A stretch of DNA of 58,539 bases from an uncultured Gammaproteobacteria bacterium (GCA_964408775.1 CAYPAP010000003.1:47615-106153), one strand, 5' to 3'. Positions 19,770 to 29,357 are shown, counted from the stretch's first letter. The notes: generated by a model from the letters alone, not told the origin. Made by a program: numbers and translations.

Positions 19770-21797
19770 TTATATATCTAAATTAGAAACATTTTTAGCA
19801 TGAGTTTGGATGAAGTGTTTTCTCTTGGAAACATCATCTCCCATTAACATGTCGAATATTTTATCAGCGTAAGCAGCGTCTTCTATGGTAACTTGTTTGA
19901 CTATACGAGTGGCTGGATCCATGGTTGTTTCCCATAATTGTTGAGGATTCATTTCTCCTAAACCTTTGTAGCGCTGAATAAATAATTTGTTTGTTTTCTT
20001 GGTCTTGGTTTTTTCGTTTTCTTCTTCGTTATTTTCCTCTTGATTTTCAGCATCTTCGCTGGATGGGTCTTCATTAACTTCAGATTCTTCGGGTTCTCCT
20101 CCTAGTTCCTTTATTATTTTTACTTTTTCTTCTTCGGTGTAGGCATACTCAGATTTATTACCTTTTTTAATTTGATAAAGTGGTGGCTGAGCAATGTATA
20201 CGTAGCCATTAGTAATTAGTGGATTGAAGTATCGGAATAACAAAGTTAAAAGTAGGGTCCTAATATGAGATCCATCGACGTCGGCATCGGTCATAATTAT
20301 TATGCGATGATAGCGTAGCTTTTCCATATCTAATTGTTCGCCAATATTTGTTCCTAATGCAATAACTAAGTTTTTGATTTCGTTATTGGCTAGCATTTTA
20401 TCTAGGCGAGCTCTTTCTACATTTAATATTTTTCCTCTTAGGGGTAAGATTGCTTGAAAGCGACGGTCTCTTCCTTGTTTGGCGCTACCTCCGGCCGAGT
20501 CTCCCTCTACTATGTAAAGCTCGCATTCTTCGGCTTTACTACTGGAGCAATCAGCTAATTTTCCTGGCAGAGTCATTCCCTCTAGAGCTCCCTTTCTTAA
20601 AATACTGGCTCGAGCAGTCCGAGCTGCTAATCTAGCTTGAGCTGATAGAAAACATTTTCCAATAATACTTTCGGCTTCTTTGGGGTTTTCTTCCAAAAAG
20701 GTGGTGAAGGCTTCGCCAAAGACTTGTTCAACATAGGTTTTTATTTCTGCATTTCCTAATTTTCCCTTAGTTTGACCCTCAAATTGCGGGTTTGGGAGCT
20801 TGACACTGACAATGGCGGTTAAGCCCTCTCGAACATCCTCTCCGGTTAGGTTTTCGTCTTTTTCCTTTAAAATATTTTTATTACGAGCGTAAGAATTTAG
20901 TGTTCTGGTGAGAGCCGTTTTAAAACCAATTAAATGAGTTCCGCCGTCAATATTATAAATATTGTTGGCGAAGGGTAGAGATGTTTCGTTGTATTCATCG
21001 TTGTATTGCAGGGCCACTTCTACCTTGCAATCGTTCATTTCTTTTTCTACATAAAAAACAGTGTCATGTTTAACATTTTTTTGTCGATGCATTGATTTAA
21101 TGTATGACTTAATTCCACCTTCAAAATAAAAACGATATTTTTTGGGGCTGTGGTCCTTTCTCTCATCTATTACATTTATGGTTATTCCCTTGGTTAGATA
21201 GGCTTGTTGGCGTAAGCGATCTAAGATCTTGCCCCAATTAAATTCAGTTTCAGTAAAGATACTAGCGTCTGGTTTAAAGGTAATAATAGTACCTGTTTTT
21301 TTAGTTGTGCCGACAGCCTTGATGTTTTTTAAGGCTTTACCTATTTTATATTCTTGAGACCAGATTTTTCCGTCGCGGTGTATTTCGGCTTTTAAGTATT
21401 CACTCAAGGCATTCACAACTGAAACACCAACTCCGTGCAGACCTCCGGAAACCTTGTATCCTCCTCCGCCAAATTTACCACCAGCGTGTAATTTGGTTAA
21501 AACAGTCTCTAGGGCTGATAGACCGGTAACCTTATGCTTTTCTACTGGTATTCCTCGACCATCATCCTCGACTTTTACCATGCCGTCGCTTAGTAAGGTG
21601 ACACTTATTTCGCTGGCATAACCAGCCATAGCTTCGTCAATACTGTTATCGGCTACTTCCCAAATAAGATGATGTAGACCGGTGGATGAGGTTGACCCAA
21701 TATACATTCCGGGCCTCTTTCTAACCGGGTCCAGTCCCTCTAAGACGGTGATGGAATCTGCTCCATAATTGCTTGCTTTTTTCTTTTTTTCTGTCAT
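19770..21797 (-). CDS. gyrB: DNA gyrase subunit B
   Basis: 675 aa. GLHHLIWEVADNSIDEA, GGLHGVG, EGDSAGG, QRYKGLGEMNP. An acidic ~45-aa insertion precedes the QRYKGLGEM motif. Confidence 0.95.
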   Translation of the reverse strand: MTEKKKKASNYGADSITVLEGLDPVRKRPGMYIGSTSSTGLHHLIWEVADNSIDEAMAGYASEISVTLLSDGMVKVEDDGRGIPVEKHKVTGLSALETVLTKLHAGGKFGGGGYKVSGGLHGVGVSVVNALSEYLKAEIHRDGKIWSQEYKIGKALKNIKAVGTTKKTGTIITFKPDASIFTETEFNWGKILDRLRQQAYLTKGITINVIDERKDHSPKKYRFYFEGGIKSYIKSMHRQKNVKHDTVFYVEKEMNDCKVEVALQYNDEYNETSLPFANNIYNIDGGTHLIGFKTALTRTLNSYARNKNILKEKDENLTGEDVREGLTAIVSVKLPNPQFEGQTKGKLGNAEIKTYVEQVFGEAFTTFLEENPKEAESIIGKCFLSAQARLAARTARASILRKGALEGMTLPGKLADCSSSKAEECELYIVEGDSAGGSAKQGRDRRFQAILPLRGKILNVERARLDKMLANNEIKNLVIALGTNIGEQLDMEKLRYHRIIIMTDADVDGSHIRTLLLTLLFRYFNPLITNGYVYIAQPPLYQIKKGNKSEYAYTEEEKVKIIKELGGEPEESEVNEDPSSEDAENQEENNEEENEKTKTKKTNKLFIQRYKGLGEMNPQQLWETTMDPATRIVKQVTIEDAAYADKIFDMLMGDDVSKRKHFIQTHAKNVSNLDI

Positions 21798-21991
21798 ATT
21801 TATATATTTATATTAAATAAAAAATGATAGTTTTCTCATATCTATCTGCTATTATTATATCAAATTTCTATATTTGAGTCAAAATTTTCAGGTTTATTAT
21901 AACCCCTATAATTAGGATTTTTCTAGGGCTTTCTTTACTCTTACGGTTAATTGTATTATAATTTTATTATTATAATTATTAAGATGTTTTT

Positions 21992-22924
21992 ATGTCTAAA
22001 ATATTAGTAACAGGAGGGGCGGGGTTTATAGGCTCTAATTTGGTTGATAGCTTAATTAATTTAGGCCATCAAGTTTTTATTATTGACAATTTTTATAGTG
22101 GCAAAGCTGAGTATGTTAATAAGGCAGCTACTTTCTATGAAATAGATATTTGTGATAAAAAAGTAGAGGCTATTTTTGCTGCTGAAAAGTTTGATTATGT
22201 TTATCACTTAACTGCTCAAATTGATGTTCGTAAGTCAGTTATTGACCCGGAGTTTGATAACAAGATTAATATTTTAGGCTCCCTGAATGTTTTAAAAAAT
22301 TGTTGCAAATATGATGTTCGAAAAATAATTTTTGCTTCTTCGGGTGGAGCTATTTATGGATTTCCCGAGGAAATTCCGACTAAAGAGAGTTATCCAACCT
22401 ATCCCGTTTCCCCTTATGGCATTAATAAATTAAGTTTTGAAAAATATCTTAATTATTGCTATAGAGTTTTTAACCAAAGATATGTTGCTCTTCGATTAGC
22501 CAATGCTTACGGTCCTCGGCAGTATAAGGGGGGAGAGGCTGGTGTAGTTTCTATTTTTATTGATAATGCTGTTTCTGGTAAAAAAAGCTTTATTTACGGT
22601 GATGGGCTTCAAACTAGAGATTTTGTTTATGTGGACGACATTATTAGAGCTTTTATTGCCGCATTAAACGATGAAATAGTAGGAGAATTTAATATTGGTT
22701 CCGGTGTAGAGAAAAATTTGATAGATGTTGTATCAGCGATTGAGAATGCCTTGGATCAAAAAATTGAAATTGAATATAAAGAGGCTAAATTAGGGGAGGA
22801 GCTTCGTAGTTGCCTCGACTCTTCTTTAGCCCAAAGAGTTTTAAATTGGCAACCGCAAATAGGGTTAGAGGAGGGAATTAAAAGAACTATTGAATGGTCT
22901 AAAAATAAACAACAAAAAATATGA
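21992..22924 (+). CDS. NAD-dependent sugar epimerase/dehydratase (GalE-like SDR)
   Basis: 310 aa. GGAGFIGSNL Rossmann motif and YGINK (YxxxK) catalytic motif. Confidence 0.85.
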   Translation: MSKILVTGGAGFIGSNLVDSLINLGHQVFIIDNFYSGKAEYVNKAATFYEIDICDKKVEAIFAAEKFDYVYHLTAQIDVRKSVIDPEFDNKINILGSLNVLKNCCKYDVRKIIFASSGGAIYGFPEEIPTKESYPTYPVSPYGINKLSFEKYLNYCYRVFNQRYVALRLANAYGPRQYKGGEAGVVSIFIDNAVSGKKSFIYGDGLQTRDFVYVDDIIRAFIAALNDEIVGEFNIGSGVEKNLIDVVSAIENALDQKIEIEYKEAKLGEELRSCLDSSLAQRVLNWQPQIGLEEGIKRTIEWSKNKQQKI

Positions 22925-23685
22925 AAAATCTTTCGCAAAAAATAATTATTGCTAATTGGAAGATGAATTTGGATTACAAATCATCCATTGCTTTAGCCAG
23001 AGGTCTGTTTAAAGCTTTTGATAAAAAATTTATTACTAATAAGATTGTGGTTCTTCCTGACTTTCTGTCATTGGCCGAGATTTGTAAGGATTTTAGAAGT
23101 AAAAATATTTCTTATGGGGCTCAAGACATCTCTCCTTTTTCATTGGGAGCATATACCGGAGAAATTTCCCTGGAGTCCTTGAAGTATTTGGGATGTAAAT
23201 ATGTTCTTTTGGGCCACAGTGAAAGAAGGGAATATTTTTCTGATGAAAAAAGCATTGCCTTAAAGGTGGAAAATGTTATTAAAAATAGCGACATTATACC
23301 AATTATTTGTGTAGGAGAAAATTGGTCGCAAAAAAGGGCCGGTAAAACATGGAGTATTGTTGAGGCTCAATTAAAAGAAGCTTTCTCTAAAATTAAAAAC
23401 TTGCGCGGAAAGACTATTATTATTGCCTATGAACCGGTTTGGGCCATTGGTAGCGGTAAGGTTGTTTCAACTACTGATGTTTCAATAGTCCATGGAAAAA
23501 TTAAAGAATTTATATCTAAAAGGTTCAAAGGATTTTTGCCCGAGGAACTAGGGATTGTTTACGGCGGGAGCGTGGGCCTGGATAGCTATCAGGATTTTTC
23601 AGAAAACAATGATGTCTCTGGTTTGTTGGTTGGTGGTGCTAGTTTAAAAATTTCAGATTTTTCAAAAATAATTAATAATTTTTAA
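22921..23685 (+). CDS. tpiA: Triosephosphate isomerase
   Basis: 254 aa. ANWKMN, LLGHSERR, AYEPVWAIGSG, GGASLK. Confidence 0.93.
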   Translation: MKNLSQKIIIANWKMNLDYKSSIALARGLFKAFDKKFITNKIVVLPDFLSLAEICKDFRSKNISYGAQDISPFSLGAYTGEISLESLKYLGCKYVLLGHSERREYFSDEKSIALKVENVIKNSDIIPIICVGENWSQKRAGKTWSIVEAQLKEAFSKIKNLRGKTIIIAYEPVWAIGSGKVVSTTDVSIVHGKIKEFISKRFKGFLPEELGIVYGGSVGLDSYQDFSENNDVSGLLVGGASLKISDFSKIINNF

Positions 23686-23687
23686 TT

Positions 23688-24488
23688 ATGTTTAATAATT
23701 GGATGTTGTTAATAATAGCGGTTTGTCTATTAATAATATTTTTTATAATTTTTCGTCGCTTTCCGGCCCTGGCGGTTTTAGATGTTGATAATATTCCGGA
23801 AGAAAAGGAGAGTAAAATAAAAGAAAAAATAATTAAAGAAAGGATGCGACGTAAACTTTCCTTTATTGATAAGTTTTTCGATGATATTTTATCTTTTTTA
23901 GATAAAATATCTTCCTCTTTTTGGTTTCTTTTGGGTAACTTTAGAAAACAAGAAAAAGATAACAAGGATAAAAAAGTTTTTTCTCAAGTTGGGCCTGAAG
24001 AAAAGATGAAAATTTTATTAAATCAGTCCATGGATTTAATAAAGAAGGAAGAATGGTTAGAGGCTGAAAAAAAACTTATAGAAATTATTAGCATTGATGA
24101 CAAAAATTTCTCAGCTTTTTGGGAGTTGGGGGAGGTTTATCGTTTACAGGAGAAGTGGCAGGAGGCCAAGCAAACATTATTATACACCTTAAAACTAACC
24201 CAAGCCCCAGACAATAATATTTCCTCAAGCGATGTTTCTAGTGTAAATTATTACTTGGCTTTGATTAATAAGGAGTTAAATGATATTGATGGAGCCCTTG
24301 CAGGCATGGCCCGAGCCTTAGAGATAGAGCCTAATAATCCTCGTTATCTTGATTTAATGTTAGATTTATGTATAATTAAAAAAGATAAAAAATTATCTTT
24401 AGAGTATTTAGATAAAATTAAAGAGGTTAATCCTGATAATAATAATATTCCAGATTGGCAAAAAAGTATTGATGAAATGCCCATGTAG
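23688..24488 (+). CDS. Membrane-anchored TPR-repeat protein
   Basis: 266 aa. N-terminal TM helix. TPR-like repeats (WELGEVYRLQEKWQEAKQTL..., ALEIEPNNPRYLD). The last 10 nt overlap tRNA-Thr. Confidence 0.7.
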   Translation: MFNNWMLLIIAVCLLIIFFIIFRRFPALAVLDVDNIPEEKESKIKEKIIKERMRRKLSFIDKFFDDILSFLDKISSSFWFLLGNFRKQEKDNKDKKVFSQVGPEEKMKILLNQSMDLIKKEEWLEAEKKLIEIISIDDKNFSAFWELGEVYRLQEKWQEAKQTLLYTLKLTQAPDNNISSSDVSSVNYYLALINKELNDIDGALAGMARALEIEPNNPRYLDLMLDLCIIKKDKKLSLEYLDKIKEVNPDNNNIPDWQKSIDEMPM

Positions 24489-24551
24489 CTCAGTTGGTAG
24501 AGCACTTCCATGGTAAGGAAGAGGTCACCGGTTCAAACCCGGTCGTGGGCT
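24479..24551 (+). tRNA. tRNA-Thr (GGT)
   Basis: GCCCATGTAGCTCAGTTGGTAGAGC, then CTTCC-ATGGTAA-GGAAG anticodon arm, then GGTTCAAACCCGG T-arm and CGTGGGC acceptor. Confidence 0.88.
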
Positions 24552-24625
24552 CATAAACGTTTTAGGGTTTTATTTTTTTATAAAAAGTGGTATAATTTAA
24601 TTGTGAAAATTAAATTATTAAAACT

Positions 24626-24982
24626 ATGAAATCAAAAAATACTATAATTTTTTGTTTGACTTTACTTTTTTTTGTTTTTTTGTTAAATTTAGATCCAGTT
24701 TCAGCTAGCGTTAAATTAGAAAATCCTATCGGCACCAATAGCGTTCCAGTTTTGATTGGTCGAGTTATTAATGCTGTATTAGGTGTAGTTGGATCTGTAG
24801 CCTTAATAATGTTTATTTATGGCGGAATAACTTGGATGACAGCAGCTGGTAATGAACAAAGTGTTTCTAAGGGTAAAAATATTTTAATGTGGGCCGCCTT
24901 AGGGCTAGCCGTTATATTTTTATCTTATGCGCTGGTTACCTTTGTTATCGAAGCTATTGGGACAACTGGTTCAGCTAGTTGA
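24626..24982 (+). CDS. Small secreted two-TM protein, TrbC/VirB2-like (T4SS-pilin-like)
   Basis: 118 aa. Signal peptide plus two hydrophobic helices (VALIMFIYGGITWMTAAG...LMWAALGLAVIFLSYALV). The architecture matches pilin-like proteins common in small-genome bacteria. The family assignment is from memory. Confidence 0.5.
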   Translation: MKSKNTIIFCLTLLFFVFLLNLDPVSASVKLENPIGTNSVPVLIGRVINAVLGVVGSVALIMFIYGGITWMTAAGNEQSVSKGKNILMWAALGLAVIFLSYALVTFVIEAIGTTGSAS

Positions 24983-25011
24983 TGATAAAGCGATAAGAGA
25001 AAAAAATATCT

Positions 25012-25094
25012 GGGTCGATACCAAAGCGGTCAAATGGGACAGACTGTAAATCTGTTGGCGTTAGCCTTCGCAGGTTCGAATCCTGCTCGGCCCA
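25012..25094 (+). tRNA. tRNA-Tyr (GTA), long variable arm
   Basis: GGGTCGA acceptor, ACAGA-CTGTAAA-TCTGT anticodon arm, long extra arm, GGTTCGAATCC T-loop. Confidence 0.85.
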
Positions 25095-25098
25095 CTGT

Positions 25099-25140
25099 GG
25101 ATCGCCGTAGTCGCGTAGCGACGAAGGCGACCCTTATTTA
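25099..25140 (+). terminator. Hairpin terminator after tRNA-Tyr
   Basis: ggatcgcc...gtcgc-gta-gcgac...ggcgaccc extended GC-rich hairpin followed by ttattt. Confidence 0.5.
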
Positions 25141-25251
25141 AAAATATGTTAATAAATCCAGATAAAATTGGTAGAAGTTTTTTGAAGATATTTTTAATAT
25201 TATTCCTATTATTAATTGGGGTTATTATCTTGTTAGCAATTTTATAATTTT

Positions 25252-26133
25252 ATGCCCGAGTTACCAGAAATACAAACTATTTTAGACGGCTTACGCCGTT
25301 TTATTTTAAATAAGCCAATTTCTAGATTTGAAATTATTGATAAAAAAATAGCAATCAAGGTTTCGGATTTAGATAAAATTAAGGGCGATGTTTTTAGTGA
25401 TGCTTCTCGCTTGGGGAAATTATTATATTTTAGTTTTTCTAAAAATGAAAAAAAGCTCTTAATTCACTTGAAGATGACAGGTCAATTAATTTTTTGTTCT
25501 AAGGATAGTAGTGATAAGGCGGTTTTGGCTGGTGGACATTCTGACAAAAAATCTCCTAAAATTAATTGTGCAGATTTAAAATATATTCGTTTTAAAGTTT
25601 TATTTAAGGATGGCTCGATCTTAGTCTTAAATGATGCTCGTCGCTTTGCCTATGTCCGTCTGGCCGACAGAGAGCAATTTTCTGAAGTTAAGGCAAGATT
25701 TGGGCTGGAGCCACTAGACAAAAAAGACCTCACTTATCCTCGTTTTTTGAAATTGATAGAGAAAAGGGGCAGAAAAAATATCAAGGCATTTTTATTGGAC
25801 CAATCCCTTATTGCGGGTATTGGGAATATTTATGCCGATGAAATTTTATTTGCATCTAAAATTAACCCTTTAAGAAAAGTGTCTGATTTGAATAAGGGGG
25901 AAAGAAGGCTCGTGTTTAATAATATTTACAAGATATTAAAATTGGCTGTCGAAAAGAAGGGAACAACTTTTAGTGATTATGTTGACGCTGAGGGCAGAAG
26001 TGGTGGATTTTTAAAGTTACTTAAAGTTTATGGTCGTGACGGGGAGAGTTGTTATAAGTGCTCTGGTGTTATCAAAAAAGTGAAAGTTGCTGGCCGAGGA
26101 ACACATTATTGTCCAAAATGCCAAAAAAATTAA
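25252..26133 (+). CDS. mutM: Formamidopyrimidine-DNA glycosylase
   Basis: 293 aa. N-terminal MPELPEI, H2TH region (GIGNIYADEILF), and a C-terminal CxxC...CxxC zinc finger. Confidence 0.9.
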   Translation: MPELPEIQTILDGLRRFILNKPISRFEIIDKKIAIKVSDLDKIKGDVFSDASRLGKLLYFSFSKNEKKLLIHLKMTGQLIFCSKDSSDKAVLAGGHSDKKSPKINCADLKYIRFKVLFKDGSILVLNDARRFAYVRLADREQFSEVKARFGLEPLDKKDLTYPRFLKLIEKRGRKNIKAFLLDQSLIAGIGNIYADEILFASKINPLRKVSDLNKGERRLVFNNIYKILKLAVEKKGTTFSDYVDAEGRSGGFLKLLKVYGRDGESCYKCSGVIKKVKVAGRGTHYCPKCQKN

Positions 26134-26256
26134 GATCTTAAAGATCATAAAATCTTAAAAATCCCACTCTTTCGTTATTGACTTTTATCTTTTCTCTGCT
26201 ATAATAGTATTAAATTGCTTATAGGAGTAATTTGATTATAATTGAAAATACATAAT

Positions 26257-26415
26257 ATGTCGCAAGATAATTTAATTAAATTGGAGTGTACTGAATGTAA
26301 AAGAGTAACTCACAATTCTCATAAAAATAAAAAAACATTAAAAGCAGTTCGCCTAGAATTGAGTAAGTTTTGTAAATTTTGTAAAAAAAATACCCTTCAT
26401 AAAGAAACTAAATAA
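26257..26415 (+). CDS. rpmG: 50S ribosomal protein L33 (missing from the ORF track, 52 aa)
   Basis: My own translation is [52 protein letters not shown]. It shows CxxC...CxxC and the HKE ending typical of L33. It is preceded by tgctataat. Confidence 0.8.
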   Translation: MSQDNLIKLECTECKRVTHNSHKNKKTLKAVRLELSKFCKFCKKNTLHKETK

Positions 26416-26430
26416 AATTAATATTTTTAG

Positions 26431-27465
26431 ATGCGAGACAATAGTTTGTCTAAATATTTCTTTATATTTTTATTAATAGCTATTATAGTAGCTTGTTTTT
26501 TCTTGTTCCAGCCTTTTTTAAAAGAGATAATAATTGCTGCTGTTTTGGCCTCGGTTTTTTACACTCCTTATTTAAAATTAAGCCGTTTTTTAGGTGGAAG
26601 AAAGAAAATTTCCGCCTTATTGATGTGTCTTTTTTTATTGATAATTATTATTATTCCGATTACTGCCTTAATATCATTTTTAGGTAAGAATTCTATAGTG
26701 GCTTATGCTGAGACAGCTAAATTTATAAATAACTCCAGTCAGGGTTTTCAGGAAAATGTTGTTGATCGTTTTGATTTTATTGACTTAGAAAATGATAATA
26801 TTAAAGATTTTTTTCTAGGAGCGACTAAGGATATTAGTGACTGGCTATCAAAAAGTGCTGGGTTCGTTGTTAAAGGAGCAACTAATTTTATAATTTCTTT
26901 GTTGTTAATAATAATTACAATGTTTTTTTTCTTCTTGGATGGAGAAAAAATGTTGAATAAAATAAAAATTTGGTCACCCCTACCCAATAAGTATGATTTA
27001 CAGCTTTTTAAAAAGTTTAGAGAAGCTAGTTATACTACTATGGTATCAACCTTTGTAACAGCTGGTGTCCAGGGTGTAGTTGGTGGTATTGGTTTTTTAT
27101 TAGTAGGCTTACCGGCTTTTTATCCGGGATTATTTATAGCTCTTTTCTCTTTAATACCCAATATTGGTTCAATGATATTATATGTTCCCGTGGGTGTTTA
27201 TTTAGTTTTAGCTGGAGAAGTAGCTAAGGGTATTTTTATTTTAGCTTGGGGATTTTTAATTATTGGTAGTACAGATAATATTATTAGAGTCTATGTTTTA
27301 TCTGGCAAAGAAAAGATTAACCCTGTTTTTATATTATTTGCATTATTAGGAGGGCTAACTTTATTTGGTTTTTGGGGCTTAGTCTTGGGTCCGCTTATTT
27401 TATCACTGGTTGTTACTGTGTTCTATATTTATGAGCTAGAATATAGTAAAACCCTGGAAAAATAA
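26431..27465 (+). CDS. AI-2E family transporter (PerM/UPF0118)
   Basis: 344 aa polytopic protein. Conserved LSLIPNIGS and a C-terminal GLVLGPLILSL region. Paralog of 39167-40195. Confidence 0.8.
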   Translation: MRDNSLSKYFFIFLLIAIIVACFFLFQPFLKEIIIAAVLASVFYTPYLKLSRFLGGRKKISALLMCLFLLIIIIIPITALISFLGKNSIVAYAETAKFINNSSQGFQENVVDRFDFIDLENDNIKDFFLGATKDISDWLSKSAGFVVKGATNFIISLLLIIITMFFFFLDGEKMLNKIKIWSPLPNKYDLQLFKKFREASYTTMVSTFVTAGVQGVVGGIGFLLVGLPAFYPGLFIALFSLIPNIGSMILYVPVGVYLVLAGEVAKGIFILAWGFLIIGSTDNIIRVYVLSGKEKINPVFILFALLGGLTLFGFWGLVLGPLILSLVVTVFYIYELEYSKTLEK

Positions 27466-27547
27466 TCTTTCATTTGGTATATATTGGTTTTCATGATAAA
27501 ATAGGGTTTTGATTATTTAAATGATTTATAATTAATTTTTTAATATT

Positions 27548-28078
27548 ATGTTAGGAGAAAAAACAAAAAAAAATTTAGAGGAAGCTTTTGCTGGAGAGTG
27601 TATGGCTCGAAGCAAATATGATTATTTTGCTAGTGCCTTTAAAAAAGCTGGTTATGTGCAGATTGCTAATATTTTTGAGGAAACTGCTCGTAATGAAAAA
27701 GAGCATGCTAAACTATGGGCCAAGGAATTGGGCTATATCCATGAAGATATTAAGGATAATTTAAAATCAGCTATTGAGGGAGAAAATTATGAACATAGTG
27801 ATATGTACCCCAGAATGGAAAAAGATGCTTTAGAGGAGGGGCACGAAGATATTGCTAAATTATTTCATGAAGTAGCCGAAGTTGAGGAGGCTCATGAAGC
27901 GCGGTATAAGAAGTTATTGGAGAATATTGAGAAGGGAATAGTGTTTAAGAGAGATGAGGTTAAGCGCTGGAAATGTAATAATTGTGGTTATATCCATGAG
28001 GGCGAAGGAGCTCCGGATGTTTGTCCGGCCTGTTCTCATCCTCAGGCTCATTTTGAGATTTTTATAGAGACTTATTAA
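27548..28078 (+). CDS. rbr: Rubrerythrin
   Basis: 176 aa. Ferritin-like ExxH pairs (EKEHAKLW, EEAHEARY) plus a C-terminal rubredoxin-like WKCNNCGYIHEG...CPACSHP. Confidence 0.9.
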   Translation: MLGEKTKKNLEEAFAGECMARSKYDYFASAFKKAGYVQIANIFEETARNEKEHAKLWAKELGYIHEDIKDNLKSAIEGENYEHSDMYPRMEKDALEEGHEDIAKLFHEVAEVEEAHEARYKKLLENIEKGIVFKRDEVKRWKCNNCGYIHEGEGAPDVCPACSHPQAHFEIFIETY

Positions 28079-28088
28079 TTTTAAAAAT

Positions 28089-28208
28089 ATGGCTAATAGA
28101 GTTGGAAAAATTTATGTTTGTGAGATTTGCGGGAATGAGGTTGAGTTTGTTAAGGACGGTGGTTCTCCAATTATTTGTTGTGGAGAGCCGATGAAGGAGA
28201 AAGAATAG
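28089..28208 (+). CDS. Desulforedoxin-like small iron-binding protein (39 aa, missing from the ORF track)
   Basis: My own translation is MANRVGKIYVCEICGNEVEFVKDGGSPIICCGEPMKEKE. The CxxC...CC spacing matches desulforedoxin / the Dfx N-terminal domain. It sits directly after rbr. Confidence 0.7.
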   Translation: MANRVGKIYVCEICGNEVEFVKDGGSPIICCGEPMKEKE

Positions 28209-28321
28209 TCTGATAGGCGGATATATTTAATATGAATTAAATATTTAAAGAGAATCGTTTTGGCGGTTCTTTTTATTTTAAATTTAAGATATTTTCATAT
28301 TGGTTTTGTTATAATTTAGAT

Positions 28322-28983
28322 ATGAAAAAAGAAATAAAAAAACAAGCCAAAATACTAAGAAAAAAAGGGCGTTCTTTTCGGGAGATTAGTGAGATTTGTG
28401 CTATCTCCAAAAGTACTGCTTCTTTGTGGTGTCGAAATGAAACTTTAAATAAAAAAGCGAGGGAGAGAATAAAAAACTTGGGCGATGTTGGTAGAGAGAA
28501 GGGAAAAGTAACCGCTAGAGAAAAGAGAGTGAAGGAGTTAGAATTAATTGATAAAAATTGTTCAGTTTTAAGAAATAAAAAATATAGCATCGATGATTAT
28601 AAATTATTTCTAGCTTTGCTTTATTGGGGTGAGGGTGGCAAAACCAAGAATCGTTTCAGATTTACTAATTCTGACTCTGAAATGATGAAATCATTTTTGT
28701 ATTTATTAAGAAAAGCTTTTATTATTAATGAAAAAAACTTTATGCTAGAATACATCTACATGAATATCATAATAAGGATGAAATGATAGATTTTTGGTCC
28801 GGTATTACTGGTATTGAAAAAAAACAATTTTCCATATATAATAAACCACATACTGGTGTTAATAAAAAATTTGGATACAAAGGTTGTATTACTGTTAGTT
28901 ACGGGGATAGCAAGGTTTTTAAAGAGGTTTTTATTATTATCGATCGGTTTATAAAATATATTAATAATGCGGGATTGGTGTAG
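28322..28983 (+). pseudogene. HTH plus LAGLIDADG-like protein gene split by a -1 frame change at an A7 tract (pseudogene, homopolymer error or programmed frameshift)
   Basis: ORFs 28322-28786 and 28783-28983 join into one ~220-aa protein if a -1 shift occurs at 28732-28738 (A_AAA_AAC in the 0 frame). LALLYWGEGGK resembles a LAGLIDADG motif. The N-terminal GRSFREISEICAISKSTASLW looks like an HTH. Confidence 0.6.
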
Positions 28984-29039
28984 TGGTAACATATTTGATT
29001 CCAAATCAAACGACGTGGGTTCGATTCCTACATCCCGTG
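28969..29039 (+). tRNA. tRNA-Trp (CCA)
   Basis: GCGGGAT acceptor (G1-U72 wobble), TTTGA-TTCCAAA-TCAAA anticodon arm, GGTTCGATTCC T-loop. The 5' 15 nt overlap the end of the LAGLIDADG-like ORF. Confidence 0.8.
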
Positions 29040-29114
29040 CTTGACAAAAATATAGCAATTATGCTATATTTTTTTATTGTCCTTTAATAATATTGTCTCA
29101 CAAAAATTTGAAAA

Positions 29115-29357
29115 ATGGAGGAGATTTATTTTGTATGCCTGAAATCAGACTCTGATTTCGAAAGACTTTTGAATGAAGTCAGAAAAAGGCAGAGGGTCCA
29201 ATTTTTTATTAATTCTTCGAATCATGAAGTTTTTCGATTAAAAATCGATGTATTCCTGGAAAGAGTTGCTATCGGGGAAAGATTCGAAATCGAAACAAGT
29301 CCTGTGCCCGGCGCGTACTTTATTTTAAGTCGTCACAAGGTGGACCTGGTTGTCTGA
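29115..29357 (+). CDS. Hypothetical small protein
   Basis: 80-aa ORF with locally higher GC. Followed by a terminator. No motif recognised. Confidence 0.45.
   Translation: MEEIYFVCLKSDSDFERLLNEVRKRQRVQFFINSSNHEVFRLKIDVFLERVAIGERFEIETSPVPGAYFILSRHKVDLVV

Noticed and set aside
25146-25247. 33-aa hydrophobic ORF (MLINPDKIGRSFLKIFLILFLLLIGVIILLAIL) between tRNA-Tyr and mutM
   Set aside because: It could be a small membrane peptide. However, it has no supporting signal beyond an ATG, and such ORFs arise easily in AT-rich DNA. It is not reported as a feature.
28756-29058. 100-aa minus-strand ORF
   Set aside because: It runs antisense through tRNA-Trp and the LAGLIDADG-like gene. There is no independent support.
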